This document shows, one piece after another, positions 39,661-53,294 of a DNA stretch of 64,000 nucleotides. Position 1 is the stretch's first letter, and every line of letters starts with the position of its first letter. The position numbers were made by a program, and so were the translations under genes. A model generated the notes under the pieces. That model was given only the letters and a program-made list of their open reading frames with translations. It was not told where the DNA came from and made no database searches. Source of the DNA: the human T2T-CHM13v2.0 reference genome, Homo sapiens; assembly GCF_009914755.1 (NCBI RefSeq), contig NC_060928.1. One strand, given 5' to 3'.

Positions 39661-42600
39661 AGGACACAAGGATTTCAGAAATGTTGAAAGTCAGACTGGA
39701 TGGATGGAAGCTTGCTAGTGAAAGGAGAGAGAATATCAAGAATGCTCACCTCTCAAAAATGTGTCTTAGGAAACTGTCTTTGAAAAGATGAGATGAAGAA
39801 GAATGGGATCTTTTAATCGCAGATGTATTAAAATAAAGATAGCCACAGGAAAAGTAATTGACTCTCATTCTTCAATCATGTGTACATTTATTGTTGGTCT
39901 TGCTCCCCAGATACAGGACGAATGAGATCATTTTAAGTTCCACTTTCTCCAAGAGAAGGATTATCTATTTTTAATTTCTCCAACTCTCACAACCATTAAT
40001 CCTGAGCTACTTATATTTATTTGTTTTTTAAACTTATTTTTAAACATGACTGTCTTTCTGCAATCAATACTCTCACATGAAATAAACTGAGATTGGATCA
40101 GAGAATGTGTAACATGCTCAGTAATCAGTCTACACATGTCTCTATCTATACATTACTAAGAATGCTTAACATATAAAATGTAATTATTTTACACAAAAAA
40201 TTAAGTTATTTGTTTCACATGTAGGCATTTAAATGACTAGTAATTACATCCCTCTAAATAGTACAGTGTTTGAATACAGACTAAGAGTCAAGATGTGAAA
40301 ATAGCCTCCACCAAATATGAGAATGGTATTCACTAAAATGAAATTTTAGTTGTACTTTAAACCTATAGTGTCTTCAATGATATTTATTAAAAATTCTCTA
40401 GACCCCAAATGGACAAAGGAGAACAGAAGGAACATTTGTTAAAAGTTTCTATTTGTCTATTAATTTGTACAGAAATAATTTGTACAGAAAGATATTGATA
40501 CAGAGATAACCATGATTTTTGTTTTAAAAGGGCTCATAGCCTATTTAAAAAGATAGGCTCTAAGCAAACAAGTACAATATAACAAGGTCTAACAAAGGAA
40601 TCCACAAAGTACTTATAACAAAAGAAACAATTACCTCCCTTTTGGGAAAATTGGAGACTGGACAGAAGTGTCAAATTTAACATGTCACCAATCAGTGAGG
40701 ACTGTCACAAGTAAGTAAGAAATATTTCATAACAACAGGTTGGACTAGTGTCAGTTTGTTCCAGAATCACTTGGCAGCTCAGTACTCAGATTTCCTTTTA
40801 TTCCGAAAAGTTTCTGGAGACACACGACTTGGCACCATTCTTCAGCCAGATTCTATGTCCCACATCTGACTCATGACTCTTCAACTTGACCTGCATACTT
40901 GGGCTCTCTTGTTTGCTTCAGGAAATGGGGAGAGTCGGAGAGTAAGGGACCTACTGGGATTAAATCCCTGGTCAGAATCCCCAGCAAGATCAAAGGCTAA
41001 CTGTAGGAATCACCCTGTGCAAAAATGGACCCAAAAACTACTGTCTAACTTACCTTTAAATCTTGCTAATAAGAAGTGTCAGAGAGGCAAATAAAATACT
41101 ATTGTATGAAAGATGCCTTTAATATCCGGTAATTTCTATTGCTGAAATGGTTATTGTTATCTTTAGTTGCTAAGATATATTAGATGTTTTATTTGAATGC
41201 TACGCTAAAGTAAAAACTGTGTACACTATTGGGTTTTGTATGTTTAATGAGGAAGTTACCAACAATCTGAGGATTCTGCATATTTAATAATAAATGTTTG
41301 AAAAGTTTTAAGGATATCAAACAATGTATCTTCAATAATAATGAGGGGTACAATTCTGCCCTTTAATATTGTAGATTATTGTTTATGTTTGCCAATTTGG
41401 GTCCCAAAATAGCCATTACTATCTCTACAAACATGATTTCATGCTATACTGTATATAAACTTAAATGTATATCCTATGTGTATGTATGAGGTTTTTTCTG
41501 GATACAGTAAATTACTTTCAACTAAAATTTGCTGTATTTTATTATGTTCTATGTTATCTAATAGATATAATAACATAGTTCTCAAATGTACATTTAAAAA
41601 ATTATTTCCAAATCTCTGTATATCATTTATTCAAAATTTAGAGCATATTTCTACAAATAAATGTCATTTATTTCAGTTTGCTAATATATTAAATTTGACA
41701 GGGAAGAAAATATAGATGATACAAAATTTGTGAAATTAATGTGAATTAGAATAATATCTTACCACATAAAATCATATACATTATCCTTATCACTCTTTTA
41801 AGTTTTCTTTGTTTCTCTTAAAATTATATTCTTTCCTCATGTTTGAAATTAAAAAATGACATTTATTTTTATTTAAATGTTGTCTATCAAGATCCAGAAA
41901 ATGTCAGTGAAACTAATTAACTATAGATCCAAACCCACTTTGAACCACGTATATATGCTGAATTAATTTTTCAAACATTCAGAATGATAAGCTTTACAAT
42001 ATTTTTTTCTCTGGACTAGTTTTATACACATGAAGGCTGAGTAGTTCATCAAGGATTTACGCTTTATGGTCAGGAGTTGAGAACTAACACTATCAGTAAA
42101 TATGTGGAATTGGTAAATTCCTTAATAGTTCTGAGGCAAGTTTTATTTAGATAAGCATAAATGCTTTACTAGATTGTTGTTTGAAATGAGATTGAAAAGT
42201 AACTAAGTAAGCTATAAAACCTTAACAAATGTTTTTTGTACTATCATGGGCTCCAGCCTCAACAAATAGATCGCATTTAGCTACCCGAGATAACATTTTC
42301 CAAAATGGTCCAGTGACACTTCGGAAAAAAATCAACAAAATTTATGGTTATATAGGTTCAGAAAATGCCACTTAAAAGAGTTATATATTACATCACATTA
42401 CAGGCCCTAAGGTGAGCTGCAGTAAAGGAAACTACTATTGTTTAATAGAGACTTTCTGAACTTACTTGATCTAGAAATCTTTATTCACATAATACTTCTC
42501 ATATTCATTTTAACTTGAACATAAACAAGAGGAAATTAAATATTTGAAGGTAATTGTCATTTATAAAATTAAAATGATAGTTTATGTCAATATATAAAAC

Positions 42601-43537
42601 ACCTAGATTTGTATAAAGATTTGACTTTTAAATTTACGTAAGTATAACTTAAAAGACCCAAGAAACACACATGGAGAATGTGCACTTAGCAACCTATTCT
42701 ATACCTAGAAGTTGTGGATATTTATTTATTACGAAAGGAGCAGAGTAAAGAGGAACCAATTATGAAAAGCCTGTAGACGGGGTAAGCCATAGAGAATGTG
42801 TTTCCAGAGAAGGTAGTTAAATGATTAGTCAAGTTGGATGGAAAGAGAATTTCAGTATAATCAAATCATATATGATGATACTGAGGAGGTTAGTAAGTCT
42901 CCTGTGTGGGTGGCAGCAAGCAAATTAACTTGAAGATATAGAATCTCAGGCTGGGAATAATGAGAAAAAGCTCAGAAAGACTGAATAGAAATACAATCTT
43001 AGGGGTTAGACCAGCTCAGGAAACTGATTTTTTTTGTGGAATTTAAATATCAAAACATCAACACACGTTTACTCAGCGAGTCACTAGTGTTCACAAGTCA
43101 TCATAAGTTATCCTTTACTTTAAATACTAATTATTCCTGTCTAGACATTCACCGAGTTATGTGTATGGTTTTAGCAGAACTTAATAAATATTTTGAGTCT
43201 GGTCCTGTGCATGAAACAGAACGCCTTTGTGTGGTTTCCCAGCCAGCTAAGTGAGAGTGACATGAAAAACATGCAGAGGTGTTTTTAACAAGAGTTATCC
43301 CTGTACACTCACCTTCCTGTAAACACTGAGCTTCCCTTTATGAATCCACCTGCTCTCTCCTCAAGCCTTATTTCTAGGAATACTGCCAAGCTTTCTATTT
43401 TTGAATATGACAGTAGAATACTAAGGAGCAAATTTCATGTAACCTCATTTAACAAAATACATCTTATACCAAGGTAAGACTTCAGAAAGATAATTACTAA
43501 AATATTCAAATATCTATATTTTAGCTTATTTCAAGGT

Positions 43538-43648
43538 ATGATATGATCTAATTTATTATTTTTGTAATATACATAAATGATGTATATTTATTGATAAATC
43601 TTCATGATATGATATAATTTATTATTTTTGTGATGTACATAAATGATG
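43538..43648 (+). repeat. 45-bp direct duplication with a 21-bp spacer
   Basis: 43538-43582 vs 43604-43648, 3 mismatches. Confidence 0.9.
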
Positions 43649-44449
43649 AGTTTTGAGGAAATTTGGATGAGGCTGTGGTAAGGCTTAAATTTGAATCATT
43701 GGGGAAGAAGGATTTGTAAACAAAGTAGTATGAACAAGAAAAACAAAGAAAAATAGTTTCATCTAAAATGAGATATTTTAACACATTAAAAATACATTCA
43801 CTATTACTATTCATAAACCAAAATATGCTTTTTAAAATAACTTTTCTGGAAAGGCAGAATATGATGGAACCTGCATTTGGCACTCTATACTGGCTTGTGA
43901 ATCCTGTTCCCATAAGTACTGGCAATAATAAAAATACATTTATATGGTATATTTCATAGTCTTTCATTTTTTTCCAATTTTAATACATCTTCTGTCAATT
44001 ATCTGAATTAATTAGGTGAGACATCTTTTCAGTGTTTTCAATGCAAGTTGTACAAAGAATTCCATATGAATTTAAAGAGTTGCTGTAATAGCAAAAATAG
44101 ATGTGAAAGTCCACGTTGTTTTTAGTCAGTTATATTCTCCAGAAAGCTAAGCTGAATTCCTGCGTGAGCAGCCATTAGATAGCAAGGATCTATAGTTATT
44201 CTTGGCAAGCCCAATAGACATGGCAGGTCCAAACCTGTGAAATTAGCTTCTTTAATGGCATTTCTCGAATCTAAAAAAAGTAAAACAGTTTTTGAACTGC
44301 TTTGACAATAATGGTGCTATTGAGGTAGTGTTTATATAGCCAGGGCCTGGTTCCATGGACCACAATAACCAATCTGTACCCAAGATTTGGTCCTCAATAT
44401 GAGCTGGAACAAGCCAGTGACTATGTTCTTGCCACATTGCAGAGTGCCA

Positions 44450-44960
44450 ATATATTTATTTACCACTTTTTTTCCATAAATGATTTAAATTAGCTTACAA
44501 ATCACAAATAGTGAGTCAAGATGAAGGGAGAATATGGGTAAAACATCAAAGTCATTGTGACAAATGCACACAGACATGCATGTTGGAGAATCCTATGCAG
44601 TGGCTAGAGGTGGACCTCAATTTTGGCTTTAAGTTGCCTAATAGCAAGTGAGTGAAAGAAAGGGAGATAACGAGACAAAGAGAGAAACACACAATGAGAG
44701 AGAGAGAAGGGAAAGAATAAAATATGCTGAATTATTTAATCAGTTTCCATAAAAATTAAAATCAGGCAGTTATTCAGAATGTAGGGTTATTTTTCTGAGA
44801 CCTGAACTGGATGACATGAAATGTGGGGTAGCAGACAATGTCCTTGGCAGCATCCTAAATTACAGGAAATACTGAATTTTACATAATGCTCATAGCATTT
44901 CTCAATGAAGCCATTGGTTAATGAGGAAGGCAATTCTGCAACAGTTTACACACTTAACTT
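44450..44960 (-). mobile_element. Possible ancient LINE (L4/RTE-X-like) remnant
   Basis: tttatttacc...tccataaatgatttaaattagcttaca resembles the recalled antisense L4 3' end. Confidence 0.3.
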
Positions 44961-45524
44961 GATTTCAGTCAGCACACTGCATAGAAACTGACTTCACTGA
45001 AGTCTCATTTTATTTTCTTGAAGTCTCTTTTCTTAGAATGAAAGTCTAAGAGATTATTTTTGCAATTGGCTATTCCTTCAATACATGGTGAATCAGAATC
45101 TCTTGTTAAAATACAATTAGTATGAAAAAATATTGAAAATAGATAGTGAAGGTCAGTATGCATTCTTTATCCCTGGGAGTAGTATAAAGCATATAGTATA
45201 AACCATGATTTCTGTTAATTGGTTTACTTTAATTAATCTGTATTTCTCACAGTGGTTTTTCATCTCATTTTCATTATTTTACCTGCATTTCAGAATTTAA
45301 TGAAGAACTGAGAAATGTTAAAGATGCCTTCCAAATGATGATGCTCCATGCTCATTTTCAGCTGTATTTTACAGAGAGCCTTTTCTGATGCTCAAACTAC
45401 AGCATTTGGTGTATTTCCCACATTAAGCAGTGTCTCATCCGTTTCCATCTGTGGAATGGGAGGAAATGTGGCTTCTGAGGTATTTCTCTTTAATCACCTG
45501 AAAGCTTTTAAAAGATGATTAATT

Positions 45525-45762
45525 ACTTTGGGAGGCCAAGAGGGGCGGATCACGAGGTCAGGAGATCGAGACCAGCCTGGCTAACACGGTGAAACCCCAT
45601 CTCTACTAAAAATACAAAAAATTAGCCGGGCGTGGTGGCGGGCGCCTGTAGTCCCAGCTACTTGGGAGGCTGAGGCAGAAGAATGGCGTGAACCCCGGGA
45701 GGCAGAGCTTGCAGTGAGCCAAGATCGCGCCACTGCACTCCAGTCTGGGCGATAGAGACTCC

Positions 45763-45791
<29 letters not shown>
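45525..45791 (+). mobile_element. AluY lacking the first ~35 nt
   Basis: AluY diagnostics, many intact CpGs, long A tail, TSD gatgattaatta, tttt/aaaa L1-endonuclease site. Confidence 0.95.
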
Positions 45792-45795
<4 letters not shown>

Positions 45796-47172
45796 GATTA
45801 ATTATGTAGCACACAGATCTATAATCTTTAGCAGATAAAAATGGTTAAGAGCCAGTCCTCCTGCTATTGTTCATTTCACATGGATTACTTAAAAATAAAT
45901 CTAACTTTCCTTGGTATTTGAATAATTATTTTCAAAGTCTTGGCTTGCCTTAAGTCATTTTTATCTACATAATAACTGCTAAGAACAAATCTTTCTGATA
46001 TCTCTAAATAACATTTCTTCATAATCTGGATCAAACTAACTGCTAAAAGAATAAAATTAAGTAAATATCCTTGGCAGCAGATGATGTCAAGGGGTTTGAA
46101 AATGTGCTTTCTGGTAATTCTTGGGATTCAGAGATTTAGAAATAAATACCTCCGGGAAAAGAGTATACAAGAGATACCGCAATCACTGCCCTGCCTGCAT
46201 GCCCTGCTGAGACATGAGCCTTTGCAGCCATATTACATCCTGTGACCCTGTGCCTCCTTTTCTTTTCACAGCTGATTGGTCCAGTGGTAACCACTTGACC
46301 CAAGCATAACCAATTTAATAAATTGAATAATGGCCTTTTGCCTCTAACTTATGACCTGTGGATTGACAGGAAGTATAGTTGAACAATCTTATTTAGTGGC
46401 TAGGTATCTGAACTGTGAAACATAAAACATAATAAGACTTTTGTTAGAGTGAAGAGAGATCTGAAACAAAACAGTTATGAGAGAGACAAGGAAGGGCTGA
46501 GGAAGCTAAAGTGAAACACCAGCCAAATTATAAGGAAGCAAATAATTCAAGTTACCAGGTAAAGGTGGTCAATAGAGTCAATAGCTATGTGGAGAAAGAG
46601 AGATGACATAAGAAACAGGAAAAGATTATATTGCTGATGCAGGCAGATTAATAAAATTTCCCCTTATGAATACATTGGTTCTTTATTATTTCATAGTTCT
46701 AGTTGCTTACACAGACATATTCTTACTATAAATCCTCAGTTACTTGAAGCTACTGGAGAAGATCTCTATGTTTTGGAACCCAAAGACCAGGCAACAGATA
46801 TACAGGAATAAAGGAGCAAGACCCCAAAGCATATAATGAATACACAAATTCAGATGGGTATGAAAAATGTAAAAAATGGCATAAGTAGTCATTAGGAAGA
46901 ATGTATAGGGAGTTCCAACCATGAGAAATAGGTGATAATGGAGAGTATAGTATAGGTTATACCTGGAATTGGAAGTTTTGAACAGATACTAATTCCAGCC
47001 ACTGTGATGATACTCCTAGGATTGCAATGTCTTGCATAAGAAGTGGTAAAAGCAGGTTTGGATCCTTATATAGATTATAGGAACAATACTCATAACAGCA
47101 AACACAGCAAGAATCTATGGCTGGGGTCTGGGACACATAGAAGAGAGTTAAACTTCAAAATCCAGACTTGGT

Positions 47173-47551
<379 letters not shown>

Positions 47552-50500
47552 TCAGGCTCAGGAAATTGGCCTCTGAAGTCCTGCTAATAGTATCCACATA
47601 CTGGAAATTTCAAATGCGAGAGTGTGAGAGGTAAGTGATCAGCACTGAGATCCTATATCCAGGATTCACAAAGGTTGATTGAACTTAACTTCTGGATGAA
47701 GGCCTGGAGATAGTAGCTCTCCAAAGTGACCTGGGCTCTCAACAACTCTCATGGATCCCAGAGCAGGCTCCATAAAGGAGAGGACTTCAGCCTGCAAGCC
47801 ATTGCTTGCTGTTTTGGGGAAGCCTTCCAGGCCTATGCTCTTTAAGCTAGCTGCATGCTTTCTCACTTTCCGTCTTTATTGTGAGGATCTTGGCTTTGCA
47901 CATTGTTCATTTCTTTGAACTTGACTCTTCAATAGTCTTTTCTTTCCTAAACTTAGCCAGTCCCAGAGATATAGCCTCAGATCTGTCTTACTTGTGATTC
48001 ACATTCCTTGCTCTCACCCCATAAAAGTCTAGTCATCCAAGTGTGTCCATTGCCAGACCTGCTATTGCTCATGAAAACTCAGCACTGGTCAGAGCCATTC
48101 TCTCCTAAGAAAGGAGGCAAAGAAACTTGCACTGGGAGCGGAGTGGGGTCCCATCAATATAACTAAGACTTCAGCCAGAAGTGAAGTTAGCAATGGGAAC
48201 TTGACTGTGGGAACAACATTAGAATGGCTCTTTAGGTTTCCAGCCAGGTAGATCTGGCGACCTGGACAAAGCAGACAGTAAGTAGGAAGACCAATGGCCA
48301 ATCCAGTGGGGAGTTCTGCAACAGATGCTTGGGCAATGTTACAGGGTCTATTTAATTAATATTTCAAATTATAATTGCTCATGAATACAAAATCAAATGA
48401 CACAAAAAATTTATCATTAAAATCAAGTGCACAGGTATGCATCCTTTTCCCTTTGTCCTAATATAAACTACAGCAATGATTACTGTCCATTGGGTGATTA
48501 TAATGTTAAATTACACTGCTTGCAATAATTCAATAAAGTGATACTATACACTATGATCTTTTTCACAAATGTTGAAAGTGGGCAGCCAGTATCAACCAGC
48601 AAAGGTCAAATTTCAAAGCCCATGCAGGTAGCCACTCCTGTTTGTATTATTCATATGCACACAGGTGACTGACTGCACAGGCTCACACAAATGAAATTTA
48701 AGGTAAATGAATTTCTTTATCAGACATTAAATCAGTCACAAAAGACCACATTTTATTCAAAAATCAGAAAGATAAAACAATTCGATTTTAGTACATTGGC
48801 AATCAAGAAATAGAAAAATCTTTCATTGATTTTAGGGAAAATCACTTAAAAATTATCAAATGTATATACTTGCTAGTAATCTTAACATACAAGTATTGCA
48901 AAAAACAAATAAAGATTAAGTTGTATTAAAACGAATAACAAAAGACTATCAAAGTTGAAATAAATAGGAGATGGAATAGGGTTTTGTGTTATCGTAGAAC
49001 TGGCAATGAAATCTGTTTAAGCCTTGACTCTGCAGTGCTTTTGTACTACTTGTCATTCCTACTAAGGGTTGTGATGATATATTCTCGGTGAAGGAGTTAG
49101 CAACTGCAATTTGCGCTCAAACCTGGCTGTTCCATTAACTTTTATAATGAACCTGAAAACTGAGTGCTGGAGTATTATTAAAGCTGCTATTTTACAGGTG
49201 GTGGGAGAGAGGATCTTGAAGTGTCTTAAGGTCAGTTTTATCTTAGCTCTGCCTTCTTTTGCAAAACCATTGGGAGCCACTTATAACAACTGCTGAAAAA
49301 GCAAGGGCACTCTTCTTTCTTCATTGTGAGAAGCACTCACCCTTAGAAAGACATTCGAACCTGCAACTTTACAAAGTACACTTTGCTAATAAGCCTGCAG
49401 AAAACCACAGGATTTATGAAAACATAGATCAATGCCAACTACTTTATTACATGACATTGCCAATAGCAGGCACCTGAAGTGAAGTTTTCTGTTTTTAGAA
49501 CACTTTTCCCCTACATATTTGTATCTTTGGATGAGAGATTTCATACTAAGTAATCTCCCACAGTTATTGCTTCATATCTGAGCTCATAATTCATATGCTA
49601 ACCACATCATTATAGTTGGTTATATTAAAGACCTCTTTAGCTCACCAAAGGAAAACATAAACTAATCTTTATTTTGAGAAATATAAAAGTTAATATTTAT
49701 TCTTGATATTTTCTTATTCTCGTAAAATAAACTAGTGAATTACTCCACATTTTCCAGCATACTCAGCATTAAGGCTTTTCAAATGACCAGAGGATATTTT
49801 GAGTGCATATACTTATTCCTACTATGATTATTTTGTATTCTTTAAATAAAATACTGATAAGCTAATCTTTAGAGAGTATAGCAAATATTCATATGTTAAT
49901 TATGTCATTACATGAAATCAAATACTTAGGTGTTTCTCATAACCCTGGAGCATTCTGTTTAAGCGCCCAAATCTCACTAACATTAAAGAAAGGACATGCT
50001 TGGAGATATTTACAATAACGTATTCAAAGGAAAATGCCTGTGTGTGTGTGTTTGTGTGTGTGTACATTTGTTCATATATGTGTGTATTTCAGAGAGTCAG
50101 TCCATCATTGTTTTTCAGCTATGTTTAGCAATTTCTTATGATTGTTCATGGTCTAACAACACTCAATGCATTCATATAAAATGACTTTTTAAATGTATCT
50201 GTGTAAGTGTTTATATCTATGTGTATGTGGGGTTTTTTTGCCTGTGCATAAAAAGTAGCACTTCAAAAATTAAGTACTTAATGCTGGCAGTCATTCAGAC
50301 ACAGGCCCCTTGCTCCTCAAGGGGCAGATAATGGTTTCAGGGCTCAATAAATGATGAAGTCTTTTAACCTTGTTTTGATTTGAAAACATTTTTCTCCCAA
50401 TAGAATTGTACACATTGTATGCAACCTCATAGCTTCCTGCAGCTCCACATTATTCCAAGGTGAATGTAGTGAACTCATTTTAATATTGCATGCTTTGATG

Positions 50501-51627
50501 TACAAAATACTACTGAGATAATCTGAAACATCTTGCTGCTATTGAAATTCAGTAGGCTCCCAATACTATGTATTCAGTTCCAAAAGAATCTCTTCAGTGA
50601 GTCAATCAATTTTAAAGCAATCAGCCTATCTAAATCTTGAGTAACCTGAAAATCTAATGTATACAAAATGGTCACAATAGGGGCTCTGCTTCATATTTTG
50701 AAAATCCATTTTTGTTCTCACAAAAAAACATGTAAAAGAAGCATTTGGAAATAACAATTTAATATTAAGGATAAAATGCAATTAAATAAAATTAAATTAT
50801 CAATTTATAATGAATGAATCATTGATATTTAAATATATCTAGAACAAAGGAAAATATACAATAAGGTTTAGTTAAGTGTTACAAATTATGTTACACAGAA
50901 GATAATTTTAACAGTGTATTTTATGTTTATCACAGAATAAAATAAAATTAAAATACCAAAAAAGCCAATTTATATTTCTAACTATATTCTAAATTGACCT
51001 AGTAAGACCAAATAAAGAAAATTCTGTCAAAATAATGCTTGTGATTTTTTCCAGAGATAAAAAAGAAACAGAAAATTTTTGGTTTAGTAATTACAATAAT
51101 ATACACAGACCTCTTAAGTTGTTTCATACAATTAAATTAATAATATAATTCTGGTAATAAAAGAATACAAGCTTTATATTTTTTAAGTTATACAATCATA
51201 TCAGAATGACCAATTCATAACTTGAAAATTTAAACAAGTTCTAGTTTAAATTTTCATAGCAGTATGCATTATTTCATACAAAATCTGTGTCATATCTTGA
51301 AACATTATGAAACCTAAAGAAGTACACTGCAAGAGGAAAAAGGAAATTATAAATATGTACATTTTATAAAATCTTTAAATAACAATATATCCATTGTATT
51401 ATAAAATATATGAATACTTTAGAGTGACAAAAAGTATGTCTTGTGTCAAAATATTAATAATAAAATCAATAAAATACTTTGATATTGAGATCATACTCTC
51501 AATTCAGCTTTAATTCTACATATTTAAAAAAAATTAAATCTAAAACACACCATTAAATATTTTCCAAAAGCCTTATTATTGGCATTAGAATCCGGTATAA
51601 TATCTTATCAATATTAAAATATTAGAT

Positions 51628-51941
<314 letters not shown>

Positions 51942-52317
51942 TAGATAATTCTGTTATCATCTTGGTTTTCTATTTTTGCTGTCATAAACATTATTTAATA
52001 GACATCCTTCAACGTATTTTCCCTATCTTTAATGTATTCCCATATTGATACATTAAAGTAGAATTATGAGATGAAAAGCCATGACTTTTTAGGATTTCAA
52101 TTCAGATAGCCTAATTGCTTCTTAAAAAGTTGACAACCAAACAGTAAATGAGAGCAGTAAAGTCATGTTGGTGAGTATTATTATTAAAAGCAATTAAAAT
52201 TTAAAAGGAAAATAGCCCATTATTGTTTATATTTATATTTATTTGAATATAAATACTATTTTTTTCATGTGTTTGCTGTTTGTCTTTCTTTTGACCCATT
52301 TTACTAGATGATTATTT

Positions 52318-53266
52318 ATTTATTTATTTTTTTAAGTTCTGAGGTACATGTGCAGAACGTGCAGTTTTGTTACATAGGTATACATGTGCCATGGTGGTTT
52401 GCCACACCCATCAATCTGTCACCTACCTTAGGTATTTCTCCTAATGCTATCCCTCCCCTAGCCCCCCACCCCCTGACAGGACCCAGTGTGTGATGTTCCC
52501 CTCCCTATGTCCATGTGTTCTCATTGTTCAACTCCCACTTATGAGTAAGAACATGCGGTGTTTGGTTTTCTGTTGTTGTGATAGTTTGCTGAGAATGATG
52601 GTTTCCAGCTTCATCCATGTCTCTGCAAAGGCCATGAACACATCCTTTTTTATGGCTGCATAGTAGTCCATGGTGTATATGTGCCACATATTCTTCATCC
52701 AGTGTATCATTGATGGACATTTGGGTTGGTTCCAAGTCATTGCTATTGTGAATAGTGTTGCAAATAAACATACATATGCATGTGTCTTTATAGTAGAATG
52801 ATTTATAATCCTATCAGAGTGAACAGGCAACCTACAGAATGGGAGAAAATTTTTGCAATCTATCCATCTGACAAAGGGCTAATATTCAGAATCTACAAAG
52901 AGCTTAAACAAACTTACAAGAAAAAAAAACCTCATCAAAAAGTGGGCAAAGCATGTGAACAGCCACTTCTCAAAAGAAGGCATTTATGCAGCCAACAAAC
53001 ATGTGAAAAAATGGTCATCATCACTGGTCATTAGAGAAATGCAAATCAAAACCACAATGAGATACCATCTCACGCCAATTAGAATGGTGATCATTAAAAA
53101 GTCAGGGATGCTGGAGAGGATGTAGAGAAATAACAATGTTTTTACACTGTTGGTGGGATTGCAAATTAGTTCAACCATTGTGGAAGACAGTGTGGCAATT
53201 CCTTAAGGATCTAGAACTAGAAATACCATTTGACCCAGCAATCCCCTTACTGGGTATATACCCAAA
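52318..53266 (-). mobile_element. L1PA (PA6-8-like) with 5' inversion (3' part on minus 52318-52812; inverted part on plus 52813-53266)
   Basis: The two segments are contiguous in L1 coordinates (...atatacccaa|aggattataaatc...); TSD gattattt (52310-52317 / 53267-53274). Confidence 0.92.
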
Positions 53267-53294
53267 GATTATTTTTTAATTAAAATGATTTTAT

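Noticed and set aside
43538-43648. CRISPR-like repeat-spacer unit
   Set aside because: Only two copies, in primate DNA, with no cas genes
46100-46740. Possible old ERVL/LTR remnant (ctgattggtccagtgg...tgacccaagc...accaat)
   Set aside because: Too diverged to assign a family or boundaries by eye
50305-50325. Intrinsic terminator-like hairpin
   Set aside because: Eukaryotic context, 8-bp stem and no U tract; kept only as a possible transcription-factor palindrome
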